A DNA stretch of 55,300 nucleotides from a virus (Duplodnaviria; Caudoviricetes): positions 1 to 55,300 of IMG/VR virus record IMGVR_UViG_3300038797_000105; one strand, written 5' to 3'. The notes under the pieces were generated by a model. That model did not search any database and was not told where the DNA came from. It saw nothing but the letters and a program-made list of their open reading frames with translations. Positions 35,098 to 43,123 of this stretch are shown here, one piece after another; position 1 is the stretch's first letter, and every line of letters starts with the position of its first letter. The position numbers and the translations under genes are program-made.

Positions 35098-35894
35098 GCT
35101 GCACCCCGCACGGCCTTGTCGTGGGTGTGCAGGCCGTCCCAGTTCTTCTTCATGGGCAGCTGGCCGGCCAGGTACAGCTCGTACAGGCGCACGGCGCCCT
35201 TTCGCAACAGCACAGGCGTGAAGGCGATGAATGGGTCTTTGCCGTGTGGCGCGACCTCGTGCTGATGCTCGGTCATGTACTTGTCGCGGGCGTACGAGCC
35301 GACGCGCCAGCGGGTACCGGACTTGCTCTCGTTGAAGAGCCAGCTGCGGCCCTCCAGGTAGTGACCGATCTGCATGACGTTGACCCCATTGAGGCCCTTG
35401 CAGAACTGGGTGGCGGTCATGCCTTCCTTGAACAGGTTTTCAAGGTGCTCGATCTTTGTGGCCTGGGCCTCGACCTGGACGGTAAGCAGGACGCGGGCTT
35501 TTTCCGACTCCAAGGCCATCTGGAGGATTTCCAACTTACTGAGGTCGGCGGGTGCGGCCGGCGCGACCTGGGCTTCGAGTTCGCGCCAGCGCTTTATGAC
35601 AGCCATGCGCATAGCGGCGCTGTAGCCGGTGAGCAGGCATTCGGTGTGCTCGCGGTCCAGGCAATACTCGCGCCGAGCCCGGTTTTGCGAGTCGAAATAG
35701 ATCTGTCCAAACTTGGACGCATCTTCTTTCAGATCGCCAAGCATCTTCTCGATGTCGCGCTTGACGTGCTGATGCTGCTTTCCAGTCAGTTCAGCGATCT
35801 CGCGCGATGACATCGTGCGCGCCACAGAATCGTGGTTCGCATTTTGTGGTGCGGCCCTCGACAGGGCCTGTACACTTTGGGTCTGCATATGCAT
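35094..35894 (-). CDS. Rha-family antirepressor with KilAC-like C-terminus (start may be 35813)
   Basis: TMSSREIAELTGKQH-HVKRDI; LLTGYSA-MRMAVIKRW. Confidence 0.85.
   Translation of the reverse strand: MHMQTQSVQALSRAAPQNANHDSVARTMSSREIAELTGKQHQHVKRDIEKMLGDLKEDASKFGQIYFDSQNRARREYCLDREHTECLLTGYSAAMRMAVIKRWRELEAQVAPAAPADLSKLEILQMALESEKARVLLTVQVEAQATKIEHLENLFKEGMTATQFCKGLNGVNVMQIGHYLEGRSWLFNESKSGTRWRVGSYARDKYMTEHQHEVAPHGKDPFIAFTPVLLRKGAVRLYELYLAGQLPMKKNWDGLHTHDKAVRGAA
35818..35853. repeat. Bipartite palindrome copy 3
   Basis: CGCGCCACAGAAT-N10-ATTTTGTGGTGCG. Confidence 0.8.
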
Positions 35895-35966
35895 AATTCC
35901 CCTACAGAGTTTTGTATTGCAGAGAGCCGGGCCGCGAACCCGGCTTTTTTGTCTCTGCGATTTGGC

Positions 35967-36007
35967 GTCCCTTATCAGGGACTGACGCCTGGGTCCCTAA
36001 TTAGGGA
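35967..36007. promoter_or_regulatory. Two TCCCT-N4-AGGGA palindromes
   Basis: GTCCCTTATCAGGGAC and TCCCTAATTAGGGA. Confidence 0.6.
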
Positions 36008-36015
36008 TCAGACGG

Positions 36016-36228
36016 TTACCTTGGCGCCGCGAACGGCACCACGTTGTTGCTCTTGGGCTTTCCCCGCTGGCCGAGGAAGTGCGTGGCCTTTTTCAGGATC
36101 TGCGCGGCCAGTTCGTCGGTGCTGACGCCGACCTCTTCCGCCCAGGCCTCCAGGTCCGCGAAGTCATTCCGGCGGAACCGGGCGATCTCCACGTCGTGCT
36201 GCTGGACTGCTTCGTTTGCAGGCGACAT
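36016..36228 (-). CDS. Small RHH-like protein B2
   Basis: LEAWAEEVGVSTDELAAQIL; NVVPF tail. Confidence 0.7.
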   Translation of the reverse strand: MSPANEAVQQHDVEIARFRRNDFADLEAWAEEVGVSTDELAAQILKKATHFLGQRGKPKSNNVVPFAAPR

Positions 36229-36248
36229 TCGTTCTCCCCTCGACCTAT

Positions 36249-36455
36249 TCAGGCCCTGGCCTTCTTCTCGTTGATCAGCGGCAGGTGGCCGTGCTCTTTC
36301 TTGAACGCCAGCGCGGCCAGGATGATTTCCCGGGCCAGCACGCTGTGCTGCGCCTTGAGCTCCAGGGCGTACCCCTTCAGCTCGTTGAAGTCCTCGTCAT
36401 CCAAGCGAACCTTGACCTGGTGGTCGTGGCGGTGAGCTTTGTCGTCGTAGGCCAT
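36249..36455 (-). CDS. Small RHH-like protein A2
   Basis: HRHDHQVKVRLDDE..SVLAREII. Confidence 0.75.
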   Translation of the reverse strand: MAYDDKAHRHDHQVKVRLDDEDFNELKGYALELKAQHSVLAREIILAALAFKKEHGHLPLINEKKARA

Positions 36456-36518
36456 CGGGTGATCCCCTGCTCGCTCTAGTCAGTCGTTCGGGCTTATCAG
36501 TTACGTGTTAGAGCCGGT

Positions 36519-36698
36519 TCAGGCCCTGCGTTGAAATGGTGATACGTTTCCCCGTGGATTCCGGGGCTTGGTTCGGCTGGCCAGCTCTCGATCGATCATT
36601 TCCGCAGCGAGCGCTTCAGGGGTCATGCCCCTCCGTTCCGCCTCTCGCTCCAGCTGCTCCATCAATCGCTGCTCCAGACCGACCTCTTGGATCGGCAT
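36519..36698 (-). CDS. Small RHH-like protein B1 (59 aa, absent from ORF track)
   Basis: GAGGAGG RBS; LEREAERRGMTPEALAAEMI; NVSPF tail. Confidence 0.75.
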   Translation of the reverse strand: MPIQEVGLEQRLMEQLEREAERRGMTPEALAAEMIDRELASRTKPRNPRGNVSPFQRRA

Positions 36699-36716
36699 AG
36701 GGCCTCCTCGCGGCCT

Positions 36717-36905
36717 TCAGGCTGCGCTCTGATCGCCGGTATTCTCCGAAGCCAACGCAGCCAGCTGCGCTTCCAGCAGCTCACGGCACAGAACTGCGCG
36801 CTGGGTGCGGTGATACGCGGCCAACGCCTGAATCAAGTTGAAAGTGTCCTCATCGACCCGGACCTTGATCTCGCGGTCATGCAGGTGCTTGGGGTTGGCG
36901 TACAT
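36717..36905 (-). CDS. Small RHH-like protein A1
   Basis: HLHDREIKVRVDED..AVLCRELL; AGGAG RBS. Confidence 0.75.
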   Translation of the reverse strand: MYANPKHLHDREIKVRVDEDTFNLIQALAAYHRTQRAVLCRELLEAQLAALASENTGDQSAA

Positions 36906-36935
36906 GCGGGGATTGCTCCTTGCTGTTGGAAGTTG

Positions 36936-37151
36936 TTAGGCGGCGGCTCTAGCCGGGGGAAACGCGTCGTCCAGTGCGCACATAGCGCCAAGCTTGTTCA
37001 GCGCTTCTACGATCTGGCGCGCCTCTTGGAGGCCTGGGTTCCTCAGGCCGGATTCGTAGTTGGCCAGCCTTGACTGGTTCCAGCCGAGCTGACGTCGCAG
37101 CGCTGCCTGGGTAACGCCAGCCCTTTCGCGAATCGTTCGGACTTGGTTCAT
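36936..37151 (-). CDS. cro: Cro-like HTH repressor
   Basis: XRE HTH (TQAAL..WNQSRLANYESG), divergent from cI. Confidence 0.85.
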   Translation of the reverse strand: MNQVRTIRERAGVTQAALRRQLGWNQSRLANYESGLRNPGLQEARQIVEALNKLGAMCALDDAFPPARAAA

Positions 37152-37176
37152 ACGGTTTTCCTCCATTGATGACCGA

Positions 37177-37248
37177 AGGATAAAACACGTATCGTGTTAA
37201 ATGCAATCACAATAAGTGAAAGCCGGGTATTTCGTTTCGTGATGAAAT
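37177..37248. promoter_or_regulatory. OR region: three operators, PR and PRM
   Basis: AACACGTATCGTGTT 37184, ATCACAATAAGTGAA 37206, ATTTCGTTTCGTGAT 37229; minus-strand TTGCAT..TATCCT. Confidence 0.75.
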
Positions 37249-37255
37249 CCCGCGC

Positions 37256-38062
37256 ATGAATGAATCACTGAGTCAGCGCATTAAGCGCTTGAGAAAAGCG
37301 ACCGGGATGTCACAGGCGCAGCTCGCAGATGCCTGCGGCTGGAAATCGCAGTCGCGCGTTGGTAACTATGAAGCTGGCACGCGAGAGCCCACGCTGGCCG
37401 ACATCGCCTCCATTGCTTCCGCCCTCGGCGTGGATCAGTCCGAACTGCTGCTGAATTCTCCGCCACCAGAGATCCCAAGCACTCAGCCGCGAAGCACTGC
37501 CGACCTGGTCAAGCAGATGCTCGCCAAGAGTGGCAGAGGTATCCCTGAGGAGGCTCGCAAGAGGCTGCTCGCAGCTGCCGAAGAGCCGGCGCCTCCAAAT
37601 GTGATTGCTGCCGAATTCCAGCGCCCAGGCCTCATCGGCGATGAGGTGTGGATTGCCCACTACGATGTCCGGGCTGCAATGGGTGGCGGCGAAATCGCCC
37701 ATGATTTCCCCGAGATGCTCAAGGATGTGCGGGTCAGCCCAAGCCACCTTCGCGAATTGGGCGTTGAGTTCGAAGAGCACTACCACCTGAAGATGGTCAC
37801 AGGCTGGGGGCAGTCGATGGAGCCCACCATCAAGCATCGCGACCCGCTGATCGTGAACATCAACATCCGCGAATTTGTGGGTGACGGGATCTATCTCTTC
37901 CACTGGGATGACCACATTTACATCAAGCGTCTGCAGGTGGCTGATGAGGATCACTTCGAGATGATCTCGGACAACACCAGGCACAAGGATCGGCTGATCC
38001 GCCGGGACATGACCTACATCCAGGCCAGGGTTCTGTTGGTATGGAATGCCCACTTGGTGTAG
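37256..38062 (+). CDS. cI: CI repressor (HTH + S24 peptidase)
   Basis: HTH; AMGGG cleavage region, GQSMEP serine, IKRL lysine. Confidence 0.93.
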   Translation: MNESLSQRIKRLRKATGMSQAQLADACGWKSQSRVGNYEAGTREPTLADIASIASALGVDQSELLLNSPPPEIPSTQPRSTADLVKQMLAKSGRGIPEEARKRLLAAAEEPAPPNVIAAEFQRPGLIGDEVWIAHYDVRAAMGGGEIAHDFPEMLKDVRVSPSHLRELGVEFEEHYHLKMVTGWGQSMEPTIKHRDPLIVNINIREFVGDGIYLFHWDDHIYIKRLQVADEDHFEMISDNTRHKDRLIRRDMTYIQARVLLVWNAHLV

Positions 38063-38138
38063 TCATGCCCCTAACCAAGCCCAACCAGCAGCTGCGCCGC
38101 CACCGCGAAGGCCTGCTTTAGAAATCAACCAAGGGAAA

Positions 38139-38465
38139 ATGGAATTGGCCGAAGACATACAGCAGGACATAGACGTTACGGTAACGCTTGAGCAGTTCAT
38201 ACAGTTCTTGTCTGATGTTGGTCGGAGCTCAAAATGCCCGGTTTGTCCGCATGACGGGGCGTGGAGTTTCTACATCGATAAAAAGGATGGAACCGGGATG
38301 AAATCTCGGATGGCTATCACTCATGTGATCAGCACCTATCGAGAATCTCCGGATGACACTTATCCAGTGCTCACCATGGAATGCCCAAATTGCGGGTTTG
38401 TCGCCTATACGAATGCTAACTCAGTAGCCAATAAAATTCGGCTCAAGGAAAGCGGCAATGAGTAA
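38139..38465 (+). CDS. Zinc-binding hypothetical protein downstream of cI
   Basis: CPVC and CPNC; lower GC. Confidence 0.75.
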   Translation: MELAEDIQQDIDVTVTLEQFIQFLSDVGRSSKCPVCPHDGAWSFYIDKKDGTGMKSRMAITHVISTYRESPDDTYPVLTMECPNCGFVAYTNANSVANKIRLKESGNE

Positions 38466-38763
38466 TGTCGTATCTGGAAAGTGGGGTGACAGATCCAACG
38501 GCTCGGACCATACTGGCGGCAACGGAGGAGGATCTGACTTGGAAGCTCGCGTTGCAAGACTCGAAACCCATGTCGAATACATCCGGCGCGATCTGGATGT
38601 AATGACTGCGGATCTGAAAGAGGTCCATAGCGATTTGACATCGATCAAGCGCCGCATGGCCTATCTAGGTGGTGCAGGATTTGTCGTGGCTGCAATATTT
38701 GCATGGGTCATCAACAACCGATTCGATGAGGTTGTAAAAATCCTCACGAAGGTATCCGGATAG
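38458..38763 (+). CDS. Coiled-coil protein with C-terminal TM
   Basis: GGNGGG linker, LEARVARLE coil, hydrophobic tail; overlaps previous gene. Confidence 0.75.
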   Translation: MSNVVSGKWGDRSNGSDHTGGNGGGSDLEARVARLETHVEYIRRDLDVMTADLKEVHSDLTSIKRRMAYLGGAGFVVAAIFAWVINNRFDEVVKILTKVSG

Positions 38764-38770
38764 AATCCAG

Positions 38771-38796
38771 GAAAGCCCGCCTCGGCGGGCTTTTTC
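38771..38796. terminator. Bidirectional intrinsic terminator
   Basis: GAAAGCCCGC-CTCG-GCGGGCTTTTTC between convergent genes. Confidence 0.8.
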
Positions 38797-38803
38797 ATGC
38801 CCG

Positions 38804-39130
38804 TCAGAAAGGCGCCTCCTCCTCTACCCTCTCCTCCTCCCAATCCCGCTCCACGACCAGGTCGTCGCGATCCTCGGCACTCTGCAGTTCCCACCTCACC
38901 GTCACGCTCTCGTCGTCATTGAAGGTCAGGTCAAGCTCTGGCGTCTCTGAAAGCAGCCCCATCACCTCTTCCCACTCCATGTCGCCATCCGTGTCCAGGC
39001 GATGGATCGTCACCCAGCGCTGTGTCTGCGCCAGGGGGTGATTAATCATCGACGAAACGCGGAGCGCTAGCCGCTCAATTCCGGTCATTTCCTGGCGCTC
39101 TTTGGCCGCCGTTTTTTTCTGCTTGGACAT
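38804..39130 (-). CDS. DUF1654-like protein
   Basis: ERLALRVSSMINHP-AQ-QRWVTIHRLDTDGD. Confidence 0.75.
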   Translation of the reverse strand: MSKQKKTAAKERQEMTGIERLALRVSSMINHPLAQTQRWVTIHRLDTDGDMEWEEVMGLLSETPELDLTFNDDESVTVRWELQSAEDRDDLVVERDWEEERVEEEAPF

Positions 39131-39146
39131 AGACCGCTCTCCATTA

Positions 39147-39162
39147 CTGTATATCCATCCAG
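39147..39162. promoter_or_regulatory. LexA (SOS) box
   Basis: CTGTATATCCATCCAG, 16 bp upstream of the DUF1654 gene. Confidence 0.7.
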
Positions 39163-39180
39163 CACTGTCGGCGAGCATAC

Positions 39181-39286
39181 ATCACGCTCTGTGAAACGTG
39201 AACCCGGCTTGTGAGGATTTTCCTCATCACACCCGGAAAAATAAATCACATATCGTGTTGACATTAAAAACACGATGCGTGATATT
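39181..39286 (+). promoter_or_regulatory. PL promoter with OL operators
   Basis: TTGACA 39258 -17bp- GATATT 39281; operators ATCACGCTCTGTGAA 39181, ATCACATATCGTGTT 39245, AACACGATGCGTGAT 39269. Confidence 0.8.
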
Positions 39287-39338
39287 TGCCTCAACACGCA
39301 GTCACCGAACAGGGACTGCGGAGGCCCTCAAGCCTCAC

Positions 39339-39350
39339 CGCTCTTTCACA
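39339..39350 (+). promoter_or_regulatory. boxA-like antitermination element
   Basis: CGCTCTTTCACA vs consensus CGCTCTTTAACA. Confidence 0.6.
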
Positions 39351-39907
39351 TTGATGGGAACCTCGCGGATCGATCCCGGCAACGGCACAGCGCGAGCAAT
39401 AAATTCGATCCCCATGCCAGCTCTGGAACTGGCCAGCTCGAAATCAGGCGGAACGTCATTACGGCAGGAACATTGGCCGGGCCACGGAAAGCGGATGGAG
39501 GGTTGCGCTGCAAACGCTCCCTGCCGGGATGCCCTCAGAACGGGTGTCAGTGCCTGGCACAGCGCGAGCAGCGATTAACCAAAAGGAGGAACCAGCCAAT
39601 GAAGTAGCAAGACCAGCCGGAACACGGACCGGCAACCCACGACGGACTGACCCACCCAGCGGGCCATAGAGCTGCAGTCGGCAGTCGTGTAGCGAACACC
39701 TAACCCAGTGACCACCACGCCGAGGCCGATCGACGCGAGGTGATAGGGAAGCTCAAGGCCAAGCGAACTGAGAGCAGGGCCGTCGGCGGCTGAGCTCGAA
39801 CGACCAATGTTGACGCACTGCCCCGGCCTGTCGCCAGTAGCGAGGCCGGGATTTCACCAGGTGCCATTCCATGAGTGGCATCTGGGAAATCAACCGGAGT
39901 GACACCA

Positions 39908-40225
39908 ATGGAAATCACGTTCCCAGCAGAAAGCGTCAGCGTGGATAGCAGCTATCACACCAGCGGCGTGATGGTCACGGTAGAGGCAAATGGCCGCGAG
40001 ATTGCCGCCAAGCTCGATCTGGATGATCGCCTTTACGATCTCGACCCTGTCGACATCATCAGCGAGGTGGGCGTCGAGAACATTCTCGAGTCCATTGATG
40101 AGGACGTTGTCCGCAAGTTTCTTCTCGAAAACAGCGACCCAGATGACACGCTGGAGCACATCGGACTCGACAAGATCCATGAGTTCCTCTCTCACGGCGG
40201 CGACGATAGAAACTTGCCGGCCTGA
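39908..40225 (+). CDS. Acidic early hypothetical protein
   Basis: GGAG RBS; first ORF of PL operon. Confidence 0.7.
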   Translation: MEITFPAESVSVDSSYHTSGVMVTVEANGREIAAKLDLDDRLYDLDPVDIISEVGVENILESIDEDVVRKFLLENSDPDDTLEHIGLDKIHEFLSHGGDDRNLPA

Positions 40226-40254
40226 CCTGATCAACCGCCCTGGAGGGCAAGACG

Positions 40255-40560
40255 ATGAGCTGCACCTGCATCAGCGATGCCGTGAAGCTGGTTACGGACC
40301 AGCTTGCTGAGGAGGCGCCAGGATCCGGGTCTTTCTACATGCGCGCAGAGGGACACAACCTTTCATTGAACATCGAGACCGGAAAGGCCATGCGCCGATT
40401 CTGCGTCGAAGTCACCGGCCACTACATGGCGCCGAAGAAAACCGGCGGCATGAAGCGCGTGAACAAAACGGTGTCGGTAGTCGCCAACTACTGCCCATTG
40501 TGCGGCAAAGCGTGCACCGCCGAGGCCCCGGAAGAGACAACCAGCGCCACGTCAGCCTGA
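40255..40560 (+). CDS. Zinc-binding hypothetical protein
   Basis: CTC and YCPLCG. Confidence 0.75.
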   Translation: MSCTCISDAVKLVTDQLAEEAPGSGSFYMRAEGHNLSLNIETGKAMRRFCVEVTGHYMAPKKTGGMKRVNKTVSVVANYCPLCGKACTAEAPEETTSATSA

Positions 40561-40974
40561 CGTTAACTGCCCGATGCCCTGCTCCCCATCGCAGGCTGCA
40601 TCGGTGATCCACATTGAACGCGAGTTGATCGCCGCGAATTGTGAGCCTGGATAGCGTCTCGCCCTCTGGTGAGGCGTCCGGTCACCCGGTTTGTCCCGGA
40701 ATGTGGATCACCGATGCAGTTTTCATCGATTTAAAGCTCATCACCGTGAGCCTTATGCAATTTAAGGCGCACCACAGTAAACCTTAATCGACGTACACGC
40801 AGGCGAATCCGGGGCCTACTAGGCCAGACCAGATGCATGTGAGGTAGCGCTCACCGCCTGCACCCTTCCCCTTCACATCGACCGCATTGGCGGGTGCCAG
40901 GCTGGCTTTTCACGCCCAGTTTGGTCACTGCGCCTGGCATCCGACCAATGCGGTTGGCTACCGAGGTTCACACG

Positions 40975-41190
40975 ATGAGCAAAGACACAGGAGGCCCAGC
41001 CTTCCCATTCGAAGGCGGCGACAACAACGGTATGCAGCCCGGCTATGGCATGCACCTGCGCGACTACTTCGCGGCCAAGGCCATGCAGGCATCAAGGTCC
41101 AGGCAGTCTCAGTACGCTAGCTGGGATGATCTGGCGAAAGACTCATACGAAATTGCCGACGCCATGCTCGCCGCCCGGGTGAAGCCATGA
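40975..41190 (+). CDS. Conserved small phage protein
   Basis: GGPAFP..GM-LRDYFAAKAMQ..SYEIADAMLAAR. Confidence 0.8.
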   Translation: MSKDTGGPAFPFEGGDNNGMQPGYGMHLRDYFAAKAMQASRSRQSQYASWDDLAKDSYEIADAMLAARVKP

Positions 41191-41438
41191 GCGGAATGAG
41201 CGTTTCCGGCCAGATCATGATTCAAGAACCTGAAGCCGGCGGATTTTCGGCCCATGTCTACCCAACACGCCTTGATGCTGCCATTCAGTTGCTGCGCGTG
41301 ATGATTCGCCGCGCCGCTGACGAGCAGCAAGCCATGGTCCAGATCGAAAATGCCGTAGCCGAACTGATCAGCGAGGAGCGACACGATTTGGATATGGAAA
41401 TGGCAACCGAACGCCGGCGCCGTGGAGAAGAGCCATGA
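41187..41438 (+). CDS. Hypothetical protein
   Basis: ATGA-coupled chain. Confidence 0.6.
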   Translation: MSGMSVSGQIMIQEPEAGGFSAHVYPTRLDAAIQLLRVMIRRAADEQQAMVQIENAVAELISEERHDLDMEMATERRRRGEEP

Positions 41439-41650
41439 GCGGCTGGATCAAGTGCAGCGACAGGCTGCCACCTGCTCCAGGCAGCTACCTCACCCACTCT
41501 CCGCAATCTCCTTACCCGGTTCACATCGGGGTTTGGCTTAGTCATGAGCAGGCGTGGGAGCACGAATGGCATCGCAAGAAGAGAAGCGAGCTCAAACCTC
41601 GCACTTGGATAACGCACTGGCACGAACTGCCAGCCATTCCCACTGAGTAA
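41435..41650 (+). CDS. DUF551-like protein
   Basis: WIKCSDRLP...ITHW-ELP. Confidence 0.8.
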   Translation: MSGWIKCSDRLPPAPGSYLTHSPQSPYPVHIGVWLSHEQAWEHEWHRKKRSELKPRTWITHWHELPAIPTE

Positions 41651-41670
41651 CCCACCACCTGGAGGCGACC

Positions 41671-42087
41671 ATGGGCGCACTTCGAGCAGAACAATGGCAT
41701 TACGACGAGCAGTTGCCTCCGGCGGTGAGTGAAAGCGCCGATGAGGAAGCTGTGCGCATCTGGATCGACAACGGCGTTGCCGAGCTGCTGGCACGCCGGG
41801 ACTACCTGTTCCCGCTTAAGGGCAAGCAGGTCGGCGTCACCTTTGATCGGCTGGCTCTGGCAGTCGATGAGCACGCCATGTGCGAGCTGAGCGGAAGCGG
41901 CAGCAACACGGTGCTTGGTCGCCTGCTGCTGGACACCACGATAGGCACCCAGGGAGACGCCAAGATTTCGGCTATCGAGATCTTGGCGGTTCGTGAACCA
42001 GCCAAACTGTTCGAGCAGCTGGCCCGCGATCTTCTGGAACCCTTCGCCAAAGAAGGAGTGCTGGCCCAGGCTGAGGCTGAGATATGA
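41671..42087 (+). CDS. Hypothetical protein
   Basis: GGAGG RBS. Confidence 0.7.
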   Translation: MGALRAEQWHYDEQLPPAVSESADEEAVRIWIDNGVAELLARRDYLFPLKGKQVGVTFDRLALAVDEHAMCELSGSGSNTVLGRLLLDTTIGTQGDAKISAIEILAVREPAKLFEQLARDLLEPFAKEGVLAQAEAEI

Positions 42088-42278
42088 GAAGCCCTCATGT
42101 CCTGATCGACCAACAGCTTGATGCCATGGCGCACCCAGAAACGCCACCAAGCTACTCGGCAATCATCAGCCATCAGCTAGCCCAGATGATGCGCGACTGC
42201 CGCATAACCATCGAAGAGTTCAACCACTACTGCGAGCGCCTCAACAAGATCGTTGATGGGCGCAAGGAGGTTGCATGA
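42084..42278 (+). CDS. Hypothetical protein
   Basis: Coupled chain. Confidence 0.65.
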   Translation: MRSPHVLIDQQLDAMAHPETPPSYSAIISHQLAQMMRDCRITIEEFNHYCERLNKIVDGRKEVA

Positions 42279-42493
42279 CTACGCCGATCTTTCCGTCGCT
42301 CATCGACGACCAGGTGGCCGAGGTCGCCCAAGCCGTGCCAGACGATCGAATCCTGCTGGTGTTCAAGGGCCTGACCATGGAGGACGCCATGAACCAGGCG
42401 CGCCTGGCTCATATCGAGAATCCTGCGGCTTGGTCGGGGCGTGCTTACCTCTGCGGCATGTGCACGCTGGCCTACGAGGTTAGAGCGCAATGA
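42275..42493 (+). CDS. Hypothetical protein
   Basis: Coupled chain, GGAGG RBS. Confidence 0.65.
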   Translation: MTTPIFPSLIDDQVAEVAQAVPDDRILLVFKGLTMEDAMNQARLAHIENPAAWSGRAYLCGMCTLAYEVRAQ

Positions 42494-42966
42494 AGGTTCT
42501 GCTGAGCCAGAAACGCTTGAAGCAAGTCATCTCCTACGATCCAGAAAGTGGCGACATGACCCGCATTGATAACGGGCGTGTGGCCGGGACAATTAACGGT
42601 GATGGATACCGCTCTGTGATGGTGGATGGCCGTCTATATCAAGCCCACAGGCTTGCATGGCTTTACGTTCACGGGTCCTTCCCACCTGATTGCATCGACC
42701 ACATAAATGGCATTCGAACTGACAACAGGATTGAAAACCTAAGACCTGCCACCAAAAGCCAGAACACGATGAATTCGAAGGCCCCATCAACCAACTCTAC
42801 CGGGGTCAAGAACGTAAGCCGAAATCGAGGCGGATATCTCGTTGGGGTGAAGGTAGGCGGCCGACGCGTTTCCAAGTGGTTCGCAGACCTTGAATCCGCT
42901 TCAGCTTGCGCTGACATCCTGAGAAATCGCCTGCATGGCGAATATGCCTGCAAGGCCAGACTATGA
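42490..42966 (+). CDS. HNH endonuclease (homing type)
   Basis: AHRLAW..IDHING-RTDNRIENLR..QN. Confidence 0.9.
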   Translation: MKVLLSQKRLKQVISYDPESGDMTRIDNGRVAGTINGDGYRSVMVDGRLYQAHRLAWLYVHGSFPPDCIDHINGIRTDNRIENLRPATKSQNTMNSKAPSTNSTGVKNVSRNRGGYLVGVKVGGRRVSKWFADLESASACADILRNRLHGEYACKARL

Positions 42967-43079
42967 CCAGCTACCAGCGGGCCCGCCGCATAGCCACCTG
43001 GCGCGGCAGCTTCATCGCCCTCACCTTCTGCACCGGCTGGCTCCTCCTGAGCGCCCTGGCCGGCAGCATCACCCAGTAA
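42963..43079 (+). CDS. 38-aa membrane peptide
   Basis: MTSYQRARR then TM; read manually. Confidence 0.5.
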   Translation: MTSYQRARRIATWRGSFIALTFCTGWLLLSALAGSITQ

Positions 43080-43123
43080 CCACATAATCAGCGTCCACCG
43101 CATGGATGGCGCGGGAGTTTCGC

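Noticed and set aside
39198-39607. ORFs 39198-39578 and 39275-39607 as N-like genes
   Set aside because: They begin upstream of or within the PL promoter and lack an RBS
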